Below are positions 61,480 through 63,421 of a DNA stretch of 63,421 bases, piece after piece. This stretch comes from Coniocarpon cinnabarinum (lineage: Eukaryota), in assembly GCA_051942205.1 (NCBI GenBank), contig JAVECO010000138.1, positions 1 through 63,421 on the forward strand, given 5' to 3'. A program made the translations under genes and the position numbers. The first letter of the stretch is position 1; each line of letters starts with the position of its first letter. A model generated the notes under the pieces. That model was not told the origin of the DNA. It worked only from the letters and a program-made list of their open reading frames with translations, and made no database searches.

Positions 61480-63421
61480 AATCGTCCAATAGTCATAAGG
61501 AAATAAAACAATAGAACAAATTTAAGAAGTTGACGTTTCTACCAAATCGGGTGTGAGTGCCATCAATAGTTCTCAGATCCCTACTAAAACTATTAGGTAC
61601 TTTAGTGCTACTTAGATAGAACTAGATTCTTGTGCTGTTCAAACTACTAACATGACTTTTGAAGCTGAGTTCATGCTAGGAACTAGGCTATTTCTAGTTT
61701 TGAGCTGATTCAAGACCTACGACTATGATTAAAACGATAAAGACTTAAACCGGGCTACAACCGTTTTACAACTATCCTGAAACTTTAGTGTAGGTATTAA
61801 GTCCAGATGTTAGCACTTTTGAAACGATATTTGACTAGACTAAGACTGAGAATCGCCACTGCTATATGCTAGCGTTACTGCTACAAGAGCTACTCGACTA
61901 CTGTGGTTAGTGTAAATTTATGTTAAATTAGCTAGTGCCGGTTTTTAAAAACTTGAGACCTTCCCTAAGTGGCAATAGAAGAAATAAAAGAAGTAGTAAG
62001 ACGGTTTTATAGTATCTTAGTGACAAGCTTAAAGGTTTTGAAATAGCTGTAAAATAGTAGTATTAATGTTTTAAGTCTATCCTAAAGTTATCTTAAAATT
62101 ACTATAGAGGCCTAAAGGCGCCATCTTGCTTCTATATAGATAAAACTATTTTACTAGTATATACATCAATATATTTCAAATTACTGTAATATACGTATAC
62201 ATATATGCAGTCATAGTAAAAATGTCTAAAAATATTAATACAACTACCTTGTTGTCGAACAGGTTTCGAATTAGCTGTATATTAGTAGTTAAAAGGGTCT
62301 TAGAACTAGCTTAGTACTAGGCTTAGTACTAGTCCTAGCATTAACTCTAGCTACAATTATACTTATATATATAGTTTTGGCTATAATTATGGTTGCGAGA
62401 TCGAGCTTAGTCGAGGGTCGAGATCGAGCTTAAATTTAGAAGTTAAACTCTTATCTAGTTAATTACAATCTACGCTAATTCAATTTTAGATATGATAGTT
62501 GATATAGATCTTAACAAAGATCTAATTAATAGTATTAGTAATATAGTTAGTATAAATCTTGATCTTAAGACTGGTTTTAGTATAAAAACCTACTATTTTA
62601 CTAAGATTAATATATAGACTAGTCTTAAAACTAGTATTGTAGTAAAATGTAGACTATTATAGTAAGAGTTAGACTAATACTAATCTTATTTTAGAGCTGA
62701 ATATTAGGATCAAATTATATTACATAAATTTTTATAGCTTCTATTACTAAATTGAAAGCTATAAGAAATTCAATAATAGATATCTATTTGTAATAGTTTT
62801 AAAGAATCTTAGGGGCCTTCGTAGAGGTTTTAATAAAGTATTAAAACTATATCAAGCTACTTTTAAAGTAGTTTTAAAATAGTTATAGGTTTTAAAACTA
62901 GTAAAAAACTAGCTTAAAATCTTATATAGCTCTATAATAAAAAAAGTTCTTATTATTAGATCTACTTATAAATCTATTTTAGTAATAAATTTTATTATAA
63001 TTATATATTTTAATTTTAGACTAATTTTAAGACTTATAATTAAATCTATTTTAGTATTAATTATATTATAGTAGTCTAAATTTACTTTAATACTAGTTAA
63101 AAAATTAATTATAATATTAGTTTTAGTAATATATTAGGGTTTTGTATTAAGATTAGTTATAAAATTAAGATATATACTAATTTTACTACTAGTTATAGTT
63201 ATATATTCTATATTATATACTATTATTAAAAAAATTTTAATTTTAGATATTTTAGATTATAACTATCTAATTAAGAATATAACTTTTTTTCTAAAATTTA
63301 AAATTATAACTTTCTGACTAGCTACGCTACTAAAAGTTTTTTTAAAAATTTAGGGTTTTTAGCTAAAAATACTATATAAAATATTAAGATAAGAACCTTA
63401 TATATCTAAATAGGCCTAGTT
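61480..63421. mobile_element. AT-rich, RIP-degraded repeat/transposon block (edge of an AT isochore)
   Basis: AT content rises sharply toward the end, TpA is abundant (tag/cta/tata) while CpA/TpG become scarce, and the ORF track has no ORFs after 61410. The element family cannot be read. Confidence 0.8.

Noticed and set aside
62250..62430. TGTTG... possible LTR start, with short tandem words (cttagtactagg, gagatcgagctta)
   Set aside because: No second LTR, primer-binding site or ORF can be verified in the RIP-degraded sequence.

Overview
Gene-dense, intron-containing DNA from a filamentous ascomycete (Pezizomycotina; a Dothideomycete-like fungus is my guess, not a determination). It holds about 25 protein genes, reconstructed by hand from the ORF track plus GT-AG introns with CTRAY-type branch sites. 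Most are conserved housekeeping genes: PP28, HAD, an HNH protein, CMR1, HOS2, SPA2, FCY2, BSD2, EXO1, TMA16, MAM33, CTP1, PCM1, a CYP52-like P450, SMC4, MDM35, RRP6, SQS1, ATG4, H2B/H2A, NDUFB9 and KGD2. The window ends in an abrupt transition to an AT-rich, RIP-like degraded block (about 61.5 kb to the end). I see no clear-cut new multi-gene system. The best leads are: (1) a core histone H2A ending in SAEL instead of the gamma-H2A SQEL motif; (2) a Pth11-like membrane gene with intact introns and frame but three in-frame TAA/TAG stops, one at a conserved Trp (RIP pseudogene versus A-to-I corrected stop); (3) the melanin regulator CMR1 without its usual PKS/reductase cluster; (4) an unannotated ~450 bp Tc1/impala-like MITE; and (5) several GAG/AAG 3' splice acceptors. 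All identities come from recalled motifs, not database searches.
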